A DNA stretch of 64,000 nucleotides from Gammaproteobacteria bacterium (GCA_013152545.1 JAADGF010000099.1:9906-73905); one strand, 5' to 3'. Shown: positions 1-10,639, numbered from the stretch's first letter. The notes: generated by a model from the letters alone, not told the origin. Translations and numbers: made by a program.

Positions 1-939
1 GATAATCCGATGAACACCACTCAAATGCTGCACCAAAGCATCTGAGGGAAAAGGACGGAAACAGCGCAAACGTAACGCGCCCACTGCTTGTCCTTGGTGA
101 CGTAGCTTATCCACTACATCGCGTACCGCCCCCATCAGTGACCCCATCCCCAGTAATACCGTCTGAGCACCCTCAAGGCAATAACCCTGCACCAGACCAC
201 CGCAGCTACGCCCCATCTGACCCCTGAAATCCGCATCAAATGCCTCTATCACCGAAAGGGAATTGTCCATCGCATCATGTTGAGCAATACGGTACTCCTG
301 ATAATTATCCGCTTCGCTGGCACCACCCAATGTCACGGGCTGAGTGGGATCAAGGCTGCGGGCAAAATGAAACGTGGGTAGAAAATTATCCACCATCACC
401 TGCGTCGGCAACACCACCGGCTCAAAGGTATGAGTCAATAAAAACCCGTCCATGCAGACCATCACTGGCAGCTCACACACCTCGGCAACACGGTACGCCT
501 GGATCATACTATCAGCGGCTTCCTGGTTACTCTCTACATAAAGCTGAATCCAGCCGGCATCACGCAACGCCATACTGTCTTGGTGGTCGCTGCAGATGTT
601 GATCGGTGCACCCACCGCCCGGTTGGCGCAGACCATCACCACCGGCAGGCGCAACCCAGCAATGTTGTAGAGCACCTCGGTCATCAGCAGCAAACCCTGT
701 GAAGCGGTGGCGGTAAAAGCCCGTGTTCCGGCGGTAACTGCACCCAGCACGATAGACGCCGCCCCAAATTCGCTCTCGGCATTGATGAACTCCGCCTCCA
801 GTTCACCGTTGGCCACATGCTGCGCCAGCCGTTCGATGATGTGGGTCTGTGGGGTGATGGGATACGCAGCCACCACCTGTGGCCGACACAAGCGTACAGC
901 TTCGGCCATGGCTTGGGAGCCTTCCAGTAGTTTTTTCAT
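1..939 (-). CDS. porA: Pyruvate/2-oxoacid:ferredoxin oxidoreductase alpha subunit (3' end runs off the window)
   Basis: Not in the ORF track; my translation from ATG 939 gives MKKLLEGSQAMAEAVRLCRPQVVAAYPITPQTHIIE...AESEFGAASIVLGA...TATASQGLLLMTE...RCFRPFP, open to position 1. AGGAG RBS upstream. Confidence 0.92.
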   Translation of the reverse strand, partial: MKKLLEGSQAMAEAVRLCRPQVVAAYPITPQTHIIERLAQHVANGELEAEFINAESEFGAASIVLGAVTAGTRAFTATASQGLLLMTEVLYNIAGLRLPVVMVCANRAVGAPINICSDHQDSMALRDAGWIQLYVESNQEAADSMIQAYRVAEVCELPVMVCMDGFLLTHTFEPVVLPTQVMVDNFLPTFHFARSLDPTQPVTLGGASEADNYQEYRIAQHDAMDNSLSVIEAFDADFRGQMGRSCGGLVQGYCLEGAQTVLLGMGSLMGAVRDVVDKLRHQGQAVGALRLRCFRPFPSDALVQHLSGVHRII

Positions 940-970
940 TAAACCAACTCCTTTTCTTTTGAAACAAATC

Positions 971-998
971 TCCCCCTGCTCCCCCTTTGTCAAAGGGG
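971..998. repeat. Short palindromic element TCCCCCTGCTCCCCCTTTGTCAAAGGGG
   Basis: Inverted repeat CCCCTTTG-T-CAAAGGGG (982-998) overlapping the porC stop codon. Confidence 0.45.
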
Positions 999-1559
999 AA
1001 ATTCGTAACCTTCACGTAGGGCTTCAATGTTGACCTTCACCGTCTCTTCGCCTTTGCTGGCAAGATGGATTGTTATCGCTTTCTCTAGTGCAATTAAACT
1101 CACCCATTCTGTACTTGCCGCTAACGCACCAAGCAAAACGGTATTTGGTAGTGGACGACCTATATGGCGTTCACTAATCCCGCTGGCAGGTAGGCAAATC
1201 CAGCGAAAATTATCACCGATATTTGTTGGCTTCTCAACAGCATTCAATACGATAAGTCCACCAGGGTTCAGTCCCTGTAGCAACGGTTCTGAATGCAACA
1301 GACCCACATCCTGAATAACCACCGCATCTGGTGTATACACTTGAGTGTGAGCACGAATCACCGAACTGCTAATCCGCACATAGGCCTCTACGGGTGCACC
1401 ACGTCGTTCGGAACCAAACTTGGGAAACGCCTGGGATTCAAAGCCATCTTCAAATGCAGCCAGTGCCAGCAATGCTGCAGCGGAGACCGTGCCCTGACCA
1501 CCGCGACCGTGTAAGCGGATATCATGTAAATCCGTTTCGTTTTTATTTTTCAGGGTCAT
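990..1559 (-). CDS. porC: 2-oxoacid:ferredoxin oxidoreductase gamma subunit
   Basis: IRLHGRGGQG, FPKFGSERRGAPV and PNTVLLGAL motifs; start placed at MTLKNK (1559). Confidence 0.92.
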   Translation of the reverse strand: MTLKNKNETDLHDIRLHGRGGQGTVSAAALLALAAFEDGFESQAFPKFGSERRGAPVEAYVRISSSVIRAHTQVYTPDAVVIQDVGLLHSEPLLQGLNPGGLIVLNAVEKPTNIGDNFRWICLPASGISERHIGRPLPNTVLLGALAASTEWVSLIALEKAITIHLASKGEETVKVNIEALREGYEFPL

Positions 1560-2910
1560 GGTTTGCCATCTCCTCATGACTTATCGATTGACGTAAAAAG
1601 AATCGCTCACCTACAAATACAAACAGAACGCCAACCAGCGCCGCATAGATAACCATCATGTCGGTGGATGCTTTCACCATCAAAAATACGCTAAGCACCA
1701 CAGCATCAAAAACAATGGCCACAATCAGAATTACGGCATTCGCGTTGATTTTTTTTCGAAGGTGGCGATACACGCCCCAATGCACCGCAATATCCATCAA
1801 CAGGTAGAAAATAGCCCCGAGTGATGCGATGCGGCTTAAATCAAAAAACAGGGTGAGGAATATGGCAACCACAATGGTGTAAACCAAGGTATGATTTTGG
1901 ATAGTACCCGGCATACCAAAATGACGGTGTGGTACTAGCTTCATATCAGTCAACATCGCCAACATGCGAGATACCGCAAAGATACTTGCGATAACACCTG
2001 AGGCTGTGGCGACAATTGCTAATACAACAGTAAACCATAGTCCGTAATCACCCAGCGCTGGGCGTGCCGCTTCTGCGAGAGCAAAATCTTTTGCGGTGAT
2101 GATTTCCTGCAAGCTAAGGTTGCCCGCAACAGCCAGAGCAACCAGAAAATAAATCACCACACAGATCACAATTGAAATGATAATGGCACGCCCAACATTG
2201 CGATGTGGGTCAATAATTTCGGAGCCACTATTGGTAATGGTGGTAAATCCCTTATAAGCTAAAATAGCCAGAGCCATTGCAGCGATGAACCCGGTGATGG
2301 ATGTATCTGCCGCACTGGCCGAACTGGCGCTACTTTCAAACGAAAAATTAGCAATCCACAAACCGCCAAGAGCAAACACGACAATGCCACCAATTTTAAT
2401 AAAGGCCATCACCAATGAAAAAAAACCAATCGCGCGATTACCAGAAACATTGAGCAGAAAGGCAAAAACCAGCAGTCCAACTGCCAACGCCAGAACTATC
2501 CAACTGCCGGGGTCAATGTCAAATAGTTGTATGCTGTAAGTACCGAACGTTTTTGCGACCAAGCTCTGGTTAATGACCATCGAAAAATACATCAATAATG
2601 CGCCAGCTGCCGTCATCACCCCTTTCCCATAGGCTTTCTGCAGAAACATCGCGATGCCCCCAGCAGAGGGGTAAGCATTCGATAATTTCACATAAGAATA
2701 TGCGCTAAACGCGGTTACCACTGCCGCAGCAAGAAAAGCAAGCGGGAATAATGAGCCAGCAAGTTCCGCAATCTGTCCTGTCAGTGCAAGTATACCCGCG
2801 CCGATCATTACCCCGGTGCCCATTGAGACAGCACCCACTAATGTTAGGCTGTTTTTTTTATATTGTGATTTTTTATTGTGCTGCGAATGATTTTCCATCG
2901 ATGACCTCAT
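1543..2910 (-). CDS. APC family amino acid permease
   Basis: GTGVMIGAGI, YPSAGG and AYKGF motifs; about 12 hydrophobic segments. Confidence 0.9.
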   Translation of the reverse strand: MRSSMENHSQHNKKSQYKKNSLTLVGAVSMGTGVMIGAGILALTGQIAELAGSLFPLAFLAAAVVTAFSAYSYVKLSNAYPSAGGIAMFLQKAYGKGVMTAAGALLMYFSMVINQSLVAKTFGTYSIQLFDIDPGSWIVLALAVGLLVFAFLLNVSGNRAIGFFSLVMAFIKIGGIVVFALGGLWIANFSFESSASSASAADTSITGFIAAMALAILAYKGFTTITNSGSEIIDPHRNVGRAIIISIVICVVIYFLVALAVAGNLSLQEIITAKDFALAEAARPALGDYGLWFTVVLAIVATASGVIASIFAVSRMLAMLTDMKLVPHRHFGMPGTIQNHTLVYTIVVAIFLTLFFDLSRIASLGAIFYLLMDIAVHWGVYRHLRKKINANAVILIVAIVFDAVVLSVFLMVKASTDMMVIYAALVGVLFVFVGERFFLRQSISHEEMANHDPEK

Positions 2911-3339
2911 TTAAACAGGTGGCGATATCAGTAAGTTCACGTTGCAAGTAGCCACTGAATCAATCAATTAGTTTTATTTTATTGAACACGACATAGGCTA
3001 TTCCACCCGGCAACGCAAAAACCAAATTTGATAAAATAAGAATCTGCAAGCACCCACGACAAATCCTAGCAAACCGTCGGCGATGATCACGATATCGGCA
3101 ACAGGGTCCCGCTAGATCAAAAACCAGGCAACGCTATCGGTGAAAATAGCGACAAAAAGCAACAACGTTAACGTGCATTGAAAGCAGTGATCACCTTAAC
3201 CCAGCTTTTTCGTATATTGCGCCAACATGGCAACCAACTCCAGATGCCAAAAACTCTCTAAAAACAGTTCCAGGCATTGCAACAGTACCAGCCGATGTCC
3301 ATGACATCTATTAGGCGATCGTTTTTCCTTTTGAGCACA

Positions 3340-4530
3340 TCAAAACGCTACTTCCACTTGTAATGTCACCAAGCTATCATCGTCAGCGCTTGCCGGACCA
3401 CTCACATCCCAGTATTCAACAAACCCGCGAGCATTTTCAGCAAAATAATAGGCGACTTGGAGAGTGATTTCGTCGTAGTCATCCTGACCGTTATTCTTTT
3501 CGTAACGATCCAGACGCAACAGCGGAACAAAAGTTGGACGGCCATCCTCTATAAATGTATAGCGAGCCTCGACATAGGTGGCGTTGTTGTCCTCTTCAGC
3601 CGTTGCTGTGCTGTTGTCATCCGAAGCTTTTAACAGCGCCCCCATCAAGCGAATATTGCCAATATCCGCTTGAGCATCAACACCGGTACGGCTAAAATCA
3701 CGGTCCACAGTACAATTCGTGTTTGTCGCTTTGCAAGTGCCGCTGATCGTCATCAATCCAATCATGATCTCCGGCGTAACATCCATTGCTAAACGGCCGG
3801 TAAGTGCGTCGCTGTCTTCACCTTCCGCATCGCCCTTAACACCGCTAATACCGACGCTGTAGAAGAACTTCTCAGCCGGCCGGCCGTAGAGCGTGATGTT
3901 TTGCCGCGCATCGCGCAATCGACCATCAGCATCCGCTCCGCCAAACCGTTGATTAATCACCGAGGCGCGGTTGCGGGTCAATTTACGGCCATTACTGTAA
4001 ACATCATAGGGGTCACTGCCCGTAATGGCTCCCCAAGAAACTTGCAGATTAACCGCTTCGCTTGGGTGATAACCGAGCGCGGCAGACACCACTTCAACGT
4101 TAAAACCCGCATCATCCTCAGCCTCCAATTCAAACCAGCCTGAAAAATTATTAGCCATTGCCCCGGCAACCATGACTTCCACTTCGTGGAGCGCGCGTAG
4201 TTTTTTGTCGCCACTATCTTTTTTTTCATAGGGTCGCCCCTTAATCATCGCGGTTACCGGCAACGTTTGATCCCAGTTCATAAATCCCGGCGTTTCATCC
4301 CTGGAGAGACGATAACCATTCTCTTTGAACGTGCGTCCCGCAGTGTTCAAAGCAGGCCAGGCACTGTGGCAACTACTGCATTCGGTCTGGTGTTTTCGAG
4401 CAAAGGCAGGAATTGCCTGTGCAGTGCTGATAAACAGTATTCCAACAATCAGCATGGACAGGGATATCAAAACGATGCCTGGCCGTTTTGATACGCTAAC
4501 GGATAGTTTATTGCGGTATACGACTTTCAT
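3340..4530 (-). CDS. cyc2: Cyc2-like fused monoheme cytochrome c / outer-membrane porin
   Basis: Signal peptide ending AQA, then IPAFARKHQTECSSCHSAWPALNTAGRTFKENGY (Cyc2 N-terminal signature with one CxxCH), amphipathic beta-strands and a C-terminal Phe (LQVEVAF). Confidence 0.8.
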   Translation of the reverse strand: MKVVYRNKLSVSVSKRPGIVLISLSMLIVGILFISTAQAIPAFARKHQTECSSCHSAWPALNTAGRTFKENGYRLSRDETPGFMNWDQTLPVTAMIKGRPYEKKDSGDKKLRALHEVEVMVAGAMANNFSGWFELEAEDDAGFNVEVVSAALGYHPSEAVNLQVSWGAITGSDPYDVYSNGRKLTRNRASVINQRFGGADADGRLRDARQNITLYGRPAEKFFYSVGISGVKGDAEGEDSDALTGRLAMDVTPEIMIGLMTISGTCKATNTNCTVDRDFSRTGVDAQADIGNIRLMGALLKASDDNSTATAEEDNNATYVEARYTFIEDGRPTFVPLLRLDRYEKNNGQDDYDEITLQVAYYFAENARGFVEYWDVSGPASADDDSLVTLQVEVAF

Positions 4531-4541
4531 CCTTAACTCTC

Positions 4542-4847
4542 CTATTGGTTCGCTAACAAATAATCGACCAGCGCATCGATCTCCGCGCGAGTCAGCTTTC
4601 CTTCATAACCCGGCATAGAGTTTTTACCCTTGATGATGGCTTGACGCAGGGTTTCCTCGCCGTTGCTCATGGTGTTAACCGCCGGCCCTAATTTCTTTTT
4701 ATCAATGGCGTGACATAGAGAACATTTTTGTTTGAAAAGCGATTGTGCATCCGGTATTTCAGCGTCATCCGCAGTAACCCCGGATGGCGCGGTGCTAAAG
4801 AATAGCGCGATGAAGAGTAGCGCATTACGGTTTTTTATCATGCTCAT
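4542..4847 (-). CDS. Periplasmic class I monoheme cytochrome c
   Basis: Signal peptide, CSLCH, LGP and distal NSMPGY; start placed at MSMIKN (4847); 11 bp gap to the cyc2-like gene. Confidence 0.9.
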   Translation of the reverse strand: MSMIKNRNALLFIALFFSTAPSGVTADDAEIPDAQSLFKQKCSLCHAIDKKKLGPAVNTMSNGEETLRQAIIKGKNSMPGYEGKLTRAEIDALVDYLLANQ

Positions 4848-4873
4848 TTCATTTTTTCCTTTTTTAACCAGAT

Positions 4874-5814
4874 TCAAAATCCTCGCAGCCGAACCGCCTG
4901 ATCAACTCACTTGATCGCCAGTTCATAGGCAGCGGAACGCATATCAATCCGCCGTTCCTGCGTCAGACTGCGCACAGCGTCATAGGTAAGGAAGAGCCGA
5001 CTTTCCAAACGACCCAGGACCGTCCCTCAATCCCACGGAAATTGCTGAAGATTTTGCACCCATTCATAATAAGAAGCTAACACACCACCCACATTGGCCA
5101 ACAGATCTGGCACAATAACGATGCCCCGCAGCTGCAACGGTTCATCCGCGCGGTGAATGACCGGCATATTGGCGGCCTCCACAATCAACCCTTGCTCGCC
5201 AGCGTGATGGCGGCATGGGAACCAACATTGCCAAAACCCTGAATCACCACCCGGCTCTGCTCCGGAACGAGTGACATCTCAGCCGCCGCCTTGTGAGCCA
5301 GGAGAGCAACACCGTAGCCTGTCGCCTCAAGCCGCGCCCCAGCTCCATCGGCTTACCAGTGACAATGGTCGTTCTGAAAACCGTGAGTTTTGCTGTGCTC
5401 GTCCAGCATCCACGCCATCACCTGCGGATTAGTGCCAATATCAGGTGCAGGAATGTCATCATGCACGCCAATGATCGGCGCCATCTTCTGGCAGAAACGT
5501 TTGGAAAGCTCTTCCAGGTCATCAACTGTGCCAACGCCCGGACCTCTCCCATATTGACATCCGAGTGAAAGCACAACCTGCCCTTTGAATGGTCCGCAGG
5601 CATGATTGTGTTGCACACGGTAACCCTGGAAGGTGCGCAGAGTATTCCCACCGTTGTAGCGTAAGGTCACTGGCACAGTCACTCGTGTCTCGCGAAACGC
5701 GGAACACGGAAAGCAACAATTTTCCCGTTGCGCATCCTTCAATTTGAGGCGATCAAACGCTCGTTCGAGAAAGTGACACTGAGTTTCCTGGAAAATGCAT
5801 TTCTTATCGGTCAC
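4874..5814 (-). pseudogene. gdhA: Glu/Leu/Phe/Val dehydrogenase (glutamate dehydrogenase) pseudogene
   Basis: Motifs are scattered over several frames: [93 protein letters not shown]. Frameshifts, internal deletions and two in-frame TGA stops. Confidence 0.9.
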
Positions 5815-7193
5815 GGCTTCTCCCCTTTCTATCACCACATTCACACACTTTTTCGTTATTATCTTTTTTGTAAAAATCGTCCCGCCGCAATGGTGTGGCC
5901 AACGACTGATACGCGGGAGCGGTCAACACCTGATAAACGTTGGTGCTGCCCTCATCGAAAAAGTGGGCGCAGCCCGCCATGTAAAGGCGCCATACCCGAT
6001 AGGTGGCTTCGCCCACCATCGCAACCGCCTGTTCGCGATGCATCTCCAGTGCCCGTACCCAATGACGCAGGGTCAAAGTGTAGTGGTGGCGCAATCCTTC
6101 CACGTCGATGATTTCAAAACCGGCCTGCTCCATAGCATTCTCCACATCGCTAATACGCGCCAACTCACCGTCCGGGAAGACATAACGATTCATGAAGCGA
6201 GTGACCGGTGTATCCTGCCAACCGGTATCATTGGTAATACCGTGATTGAGAAACAGCCCACCTGGTTTGAGTATCCGCTTGACGATGCCGAAATAGAGCG
6301 GGAAGTTGGCCACCCCGATATGCTCGAACATGCCCACGCTGACGACCCGATCATAGCGGGGATCGACAGGAAGACTACGATAATCACGCAGTTCAATACG
6401 AACCCGCTCTGCCAGCCCCTCACTGCGTACCCGTTCGATAGCATAACGATATTGCTGCTCACTCAAGGTAATACCGTACACCTGCACACGATAATGGCGA
6501 GCAGCCCAAATGGCCAGGGCACCCCAGCCACAACCGATGTCGAGCAATTGCTGGCCCGGCTCCAAGCACAATTTGCGACAAATGTGATCCAGTTTATCCT
6601 GCTGGGCATTGGCCAATGCTTGGCTGGGATCGCGAAAATAGGCACAGGAATAAACCATCTCGGGGTCCAACCACAGACGGTAAAAATCGTTACTGACATC
6701 GTAGTGGTGGGCAATGCTCTGTTTGGTATTATGGTGCTGCACGGCTTTCCCATCACGAACAGCAGGTGGGGCTGATATCCGGGAACCCGACGTTCGCTGC
6801 CTTGGCAATCGCAATGCCCGCCGCAGCAACCACCACTTGTCCCACCAGGAGAAATGCAGTTGGCGTGCATGCTGCGTCAGGTCAAACAGCGTTTCTATCT
6901 CACCCTCTATACCCAGGTCTCCGGCCAGGTAAGACTCTGCAAAGTGAACCAAATCCCGATGCAACACCAGATGACGCAAATACCAAGGGCTGGCGAAAAA
7001 CCACAATGCAGGGGGCGTCGGCCTCACCGTGAACGCACTCACCGTTCCACAAACGCGCCGCAACCGGTCCATCATAGCCGCTCAGGAGGCGTTCCATAAT
7101 CTCCCGTCCGGCGACGGTCGCTACATCGCCCAAGGTATTATCCCGGCCAATGATTGACGGACGTTGCGCAAATTCTTTAGATTTGATTTTCAT
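5804..7193 (-). pseudogene. cfa: Cyclopropane-fatty-acyl-phospholipid synthase family SAM methyltransferase with a frameshift near 6985
   Basis: The C-terminal frame (5804..7075) has HHYDVSNDFY, YSCAYF, LDIGCGWG, SVGMFEH and YVFPDG. The natural N-terminus (MKIKSK...ERLLSGYDGPVAARLWNG...IVVFRQP) is in another frame and joins WYLRHL if one base is removed. Could be an assembly error. Confidence 0.75.
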
Positions 7194-7428
7194 ACCCTTA
7201 CTCCCTACAGCTTTCTCTCTCCATATGCCACCAAAAATCCAACAACCGGATCTTTGAATAAAACATGGCGTCATATTCCCAGAGTCGGAAAAAGTACTCT
7301 CTGTAAAAAACACCAACACACGACGAAGATTAATAGCCTCATAAGTGATGCCCCTCTACTGATTATCACTGAATATTCAACGACAATGAGAATGAAGGAA
7401 CACTCAGATATGCCCATGACATTATTCA

Positions 7429-7611
7429 TCACCTTGTTTTACGGCGAAGCACCACAAAGTTGTAGATTAGCACCCAGATCAGAGCAAAGTACCCGCCATA
7501 GCCGTAGGCCTCAATCAATCCTAGGGAAAAAAATTTCCAACTCAGCCACTCAAAACCCGGCAACAGTTGTTGCCAGATTCCATACATCGCATGTTCGGGC
7601 AATATCACCAA
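7429..7611 (-). pseudogene. Remnant of a small membrane protein (DUF5676-like)
   Basis: AMYGIWQQLLPGFEWLSW...LGLIEAYGYGGYFALIWVLIYNF resembles that family; in-frame stops upstream remove the N-terminus. Confidence 0.5.
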
Positions 7612-7731
7612 GTGTAAACCCTAGGCGCAACACACAAGTCAACCAGTTATTCTAATCACAAACAGTATCGTAAAATAAATTTTCGCAGGATATCTTCCAT
7701 TAAGATTTTAAGTAAAACGTCAAATTGATCC

Positions 7732-7762
7732 ACCGCAGTAGAAAAAATCTTTCTACTGCGGT
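7732..7762. promoter_or_regulatory. Perfect 13-bp inverted repeat (operator or terminator-like)
   Basis: ACCGCAGTAGAAA-aaatc-TTTCTACTGCGGT at the upstream edge of the left accessory block. Confidence 0.45.
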
Positions 7763-8664
7763 AGATTCTCGGTGTTGTGATCGCATAAGGCCTCTGTCTT
7801 GGTGGCTATTGTGTTTCGCCATCTATACCGACCATCTTTGGCCCTATTTTTTCAATGAATATTTTTATACTTGACTGACTTTATTAGCTTTTTTTGTCGT
7901 TACAAAACACTGCACTCAAAGCATTTTCCAATTGGTTCTGGAATGGCGGAGGCTGCGTGTAAAACCCTAATAAAGCAGCGTTTGTGTCGTTCGGGAATGA
8001 GATGGAAAGATAAAAGATTGAAAGACGATGTTGAAGTTTACGCTCATTAGTATTAACGAAAGAGAAGTGGAAACAATTCTGGGATCGCATCGACCAATAT
8101 GGAACACCTTGGGTTTAGGATGGATACATTATTAGTAAGGCAGCACTCATTGTCAACGGACCCTAGCGGTTTGAGACAATGAAATAATGCCTTCAAAAAT
8201 GCCAACAATGATCCAATGTGGCTGCCAGCCATAATGTTTGCATCATATTGGGATGTAATACGGACTGCCGAGAAAGTCTGTTAATTGCGGATGTGCATGG
8301 GAAACTTGATATCCATTTCCACAGATATGGATCTGTAAAGAAATAAGTTGGACAGATTGCGCCCCGGATATCGTTTCGTCTTCAAGGTTTCCGCCATCCA
8401 TGGCTCACGCCCCTTACCGACTTCCATATAGGCAAAGCGCGGAAATGGGCTCATCCCAAGGGCACTTCTTTCAGGGCGCATACTCGTTGCCTGTAACCTT
8501 TTGCGCAATGCCGAAAACACAAGGATAGACTAGCAAAATGTTCAAATTATTTCTTTACAGAGCTTATTGTGCGCATACTCCTTACGCACTACTACAAATT
8601 GACTTACGTAGAAACTATTTACGATTACCGATTACTTCAAACCGTTTGGGCGATACCTAATTTT

Positions 8665-10476
8665 TTACAAAGCGTCAGTCGTAAGCACATTATTCGTTGC
8701 GATAACAGGCTCAATAAATTCCACAACAAACTGCGCACTACGCACACCACGATATTCATTTACATCCAGCCTATAAGCAACCTTAACGCGCTGTACATTT
8801 TGCGGCCAAGCATCGTCTACAGTGTTAAAAGCGATAGCGTCAACCACGGTCTCTGAACCCGTTACCTTCAGCACTAATTTTAAATGCTTTTCAGCAACAA
8901 TACGTTTTTGAATCACATCAAAATATCCATCAAACAGTGGTGCTGGGAAAGCCTGCCCCCAAGGCCCTGCGGCCTGAATTTGCTGCGCCAGCGGCAAACC
9001 AATATCCTCGGATGAGAGTTCGCCATCACTATGGATAACATGACAAAAATCATCTACGCTTAACTGGCGGCTGACCTCACGTTCGAAGGCTTGCTTAAAT
9101 GCATCAAAATCCTTATGGTAGAGACTTAACCCTGCGGCCATAGCATGCCCTCCGAACTTGGAGAGTATGCCTGGATATGAAGTGGCAACGGCGTCCAAGG
9201 CATCGCGAATGTGAAAACCCGGCACCGACCGCGCTGAACCTTTGATGATCTTATTTTGTGTCTGGCTATCGGCACCCGCATCTGCAAAGGCAATAACAGG
9301 TCTGTGAAATTTATCTTTTACTCGGGAAGCCAAAATACCGACGACACCTTGATGCCAGGATGCATCATAGATGCACAAACCGCTGGGCAATGAAGCGTCA
9401 CCATTAAGCGCCATGACATCTAACGCATCCAGTGCCTGAGTTTTCATGGACTGCTCAATTCGCCTTCTTTCGATGTTAAGCGCATTTAACTCTTCGGCTA
9501 TAATATTGGCTTTTTCGTCATTATCAGTGAGTAGACACACGATCCCCATCGACATATCCTCCAGCCGACCAGCGGCATTTAACCGTGGTCCCAACGCAAA
9601 ACCTAAATCTTCGGCCGTCAATTTATTTGCATCTCTGCCAGACACTTGTATTAACGCTTTTATTCCTGGACAACAGGCACCAGCCCGAATTCTTGCCAGG
9701 CCCTGTGCCACTAAAATACGATTATTATGATCCAATGGCACCACATCTGCCACTGTACCCAGCGCCACCAAGTCCAGTAATTGAGCAAGATTAGGTACCG
9801 GAATTTTTTGTGCTTCAAACCAGCCGCTATGCCGCAGTTGCGCCCGTAATGCTAGCATAACGTAAAAAATTGTTCCGACCCCAGCCAACGCCTTACTGGG
9901 AAATTTATCGTCCGGCTGATTCGGGTTAACAATAGCGGCAGCGGCTGGCAACACATCGCCAGCCAGATGGTGATCGGTTATCACCACCTTAATCCCCAAA
10001 TCATTGGCCGAATTAACACCGTCGATACTGGAAATACCGTTATCAACTGTTATGATAAGTTGCGGGTTATATTGTTTTGCCACGTCAACAATTTCCGATG
10101 TTAAACCATAACCAAATTCAAAGCGGTTAGGGACCAAAAAATTTATTTGCTGCGCGCCCATCATTTCCAAAGCACGCAGAGCAACAGCGGTGCTAGTGGC
10201 TCCGTCGGCATCGAAGTCGCCGATAATTAATATTGAATCTTGTTGCTGAATACTTTGTTGTATTATAGCCACTGCGTCATGTATGGCGGAGAGTGACGAA
10301 TAAGGCAATAAATGTTTTAACGATACCTGCAGCTGCTCCACTGATTTTATGCCTCTTGCTCGATATACTCGGTCGAGCACCGGATGCAGATCAGGTTGCA
10401 ACAAATTTTCGTGGTTAATTTTATTACTGCTGTCGTAACTTGTCGTTATTGTTCTTCTTTTTATTTTTATGGTCAC
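8665..10476 (-). CDS. recJ: Single-stranded-DNA-specific exonuclease RecJ
   Basis: GDFDADGAT, ITVDNG, ITDHH, LGTVADVV, GPRLNAAGRL, KGSARS and FGGHAMAAG; start uncertain (GTG 10476 or further upstream). Confidence 0.97.
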   Translation of the reverse strand: MTIKIKRRTITTSYDSSNKINHENLLQPDLHPVLDRVYRARGIKSVEQLQVSLKHLLPYSSLSAIHDAVAIIQQSIQQQDSILIIGDFDADGATSTAVALRALEMMGAQQINFLVPNRFEFGYGLTSEIVDVAKQYNPQLIITVDNGISSIDGVNSANDLGIKVVITDHHLAGDVLPAAAAIVNPNQPDDKFPSKALAGVGTIFYVMLALRAQLRHSGWFEAQKIPVPNLAQLLDLVALGTVADVVPLDHNNRILVAQGLARIRAGACCPGIKALIQVSGRDANKLTAEDLGFALGPRLNAAGRLEDMSMGIVCLLTDNDEKANIIAEELNALNIERRRIEQSMKTQALDALDVMALNGDASLPSGLCIYDASWHQGVVGILASRVKDKFHRPVIAFADAGADSQTQNKIIKGSARSVPGFHIRDALDAVATSYPGILSKFGGHAMAAGLSLYHKDFDAFKQAFEREVSRQLSVDDFCHVIHSDGELSSEDIGLPLAQQIQAAGPWGQAFPAPLFDGYFDVIQKRIVAEKHLKLVLKVTGSETVVDAIAFNTVDDAWPQNVQRVKVAYRLDVNEYRGVRSAQFVVEFIEPVIATNNVLTTDAL

Positions 10477-10594
10477 GATTTGATAAATACCTATTATAAT
10501 GTTTGCTGTCAATTACCCGGTTTCGACGTCGATGGATACCGCCAGTCATTTACCTTTGATTGACAGGGTAAAATTAAAGTAATATGCAATACAA

Positions 10595-10639
10595 TTGTTA
10601 CAGTAGAATTTGTTACAGTAGAATTTGTTACAGTACAAT
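10595..10639. repeat. 3 x 15-bp tandem repeat TTGTTACAGTA(G/C)AAT
   Basis: Read directly; lies in the recJ/moaB divergent intergenic region. Confidence 0.85.

Noticed and set aside
240..1033. Short ORFs 240..602, 707..1033 and 803..1027
   Set aside because: They overlap the real porA frame, which the ORF track missed because it runs off the window.
2960..3240. Possible degraded membrane-protein gene between the cyc2-like gene and the permease
   Set aside because: An RBS-ATG and hydrophobic fragments are visible, but stops come early and I cannot assign a family.
4874..5040. In-frame TGA codons in gdhA as selenocysteine or readthrough
   Set aside because: Both are explained by CGA(Arg)->TGA changes, and the gene also has frameshifts and deletions, so it is a pseudogene.
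5795..6775. 326-aa plus-strand ORF
   Set aside because: Antisense shadow of cfa in GC-rich sequence; no recognisable motifs.
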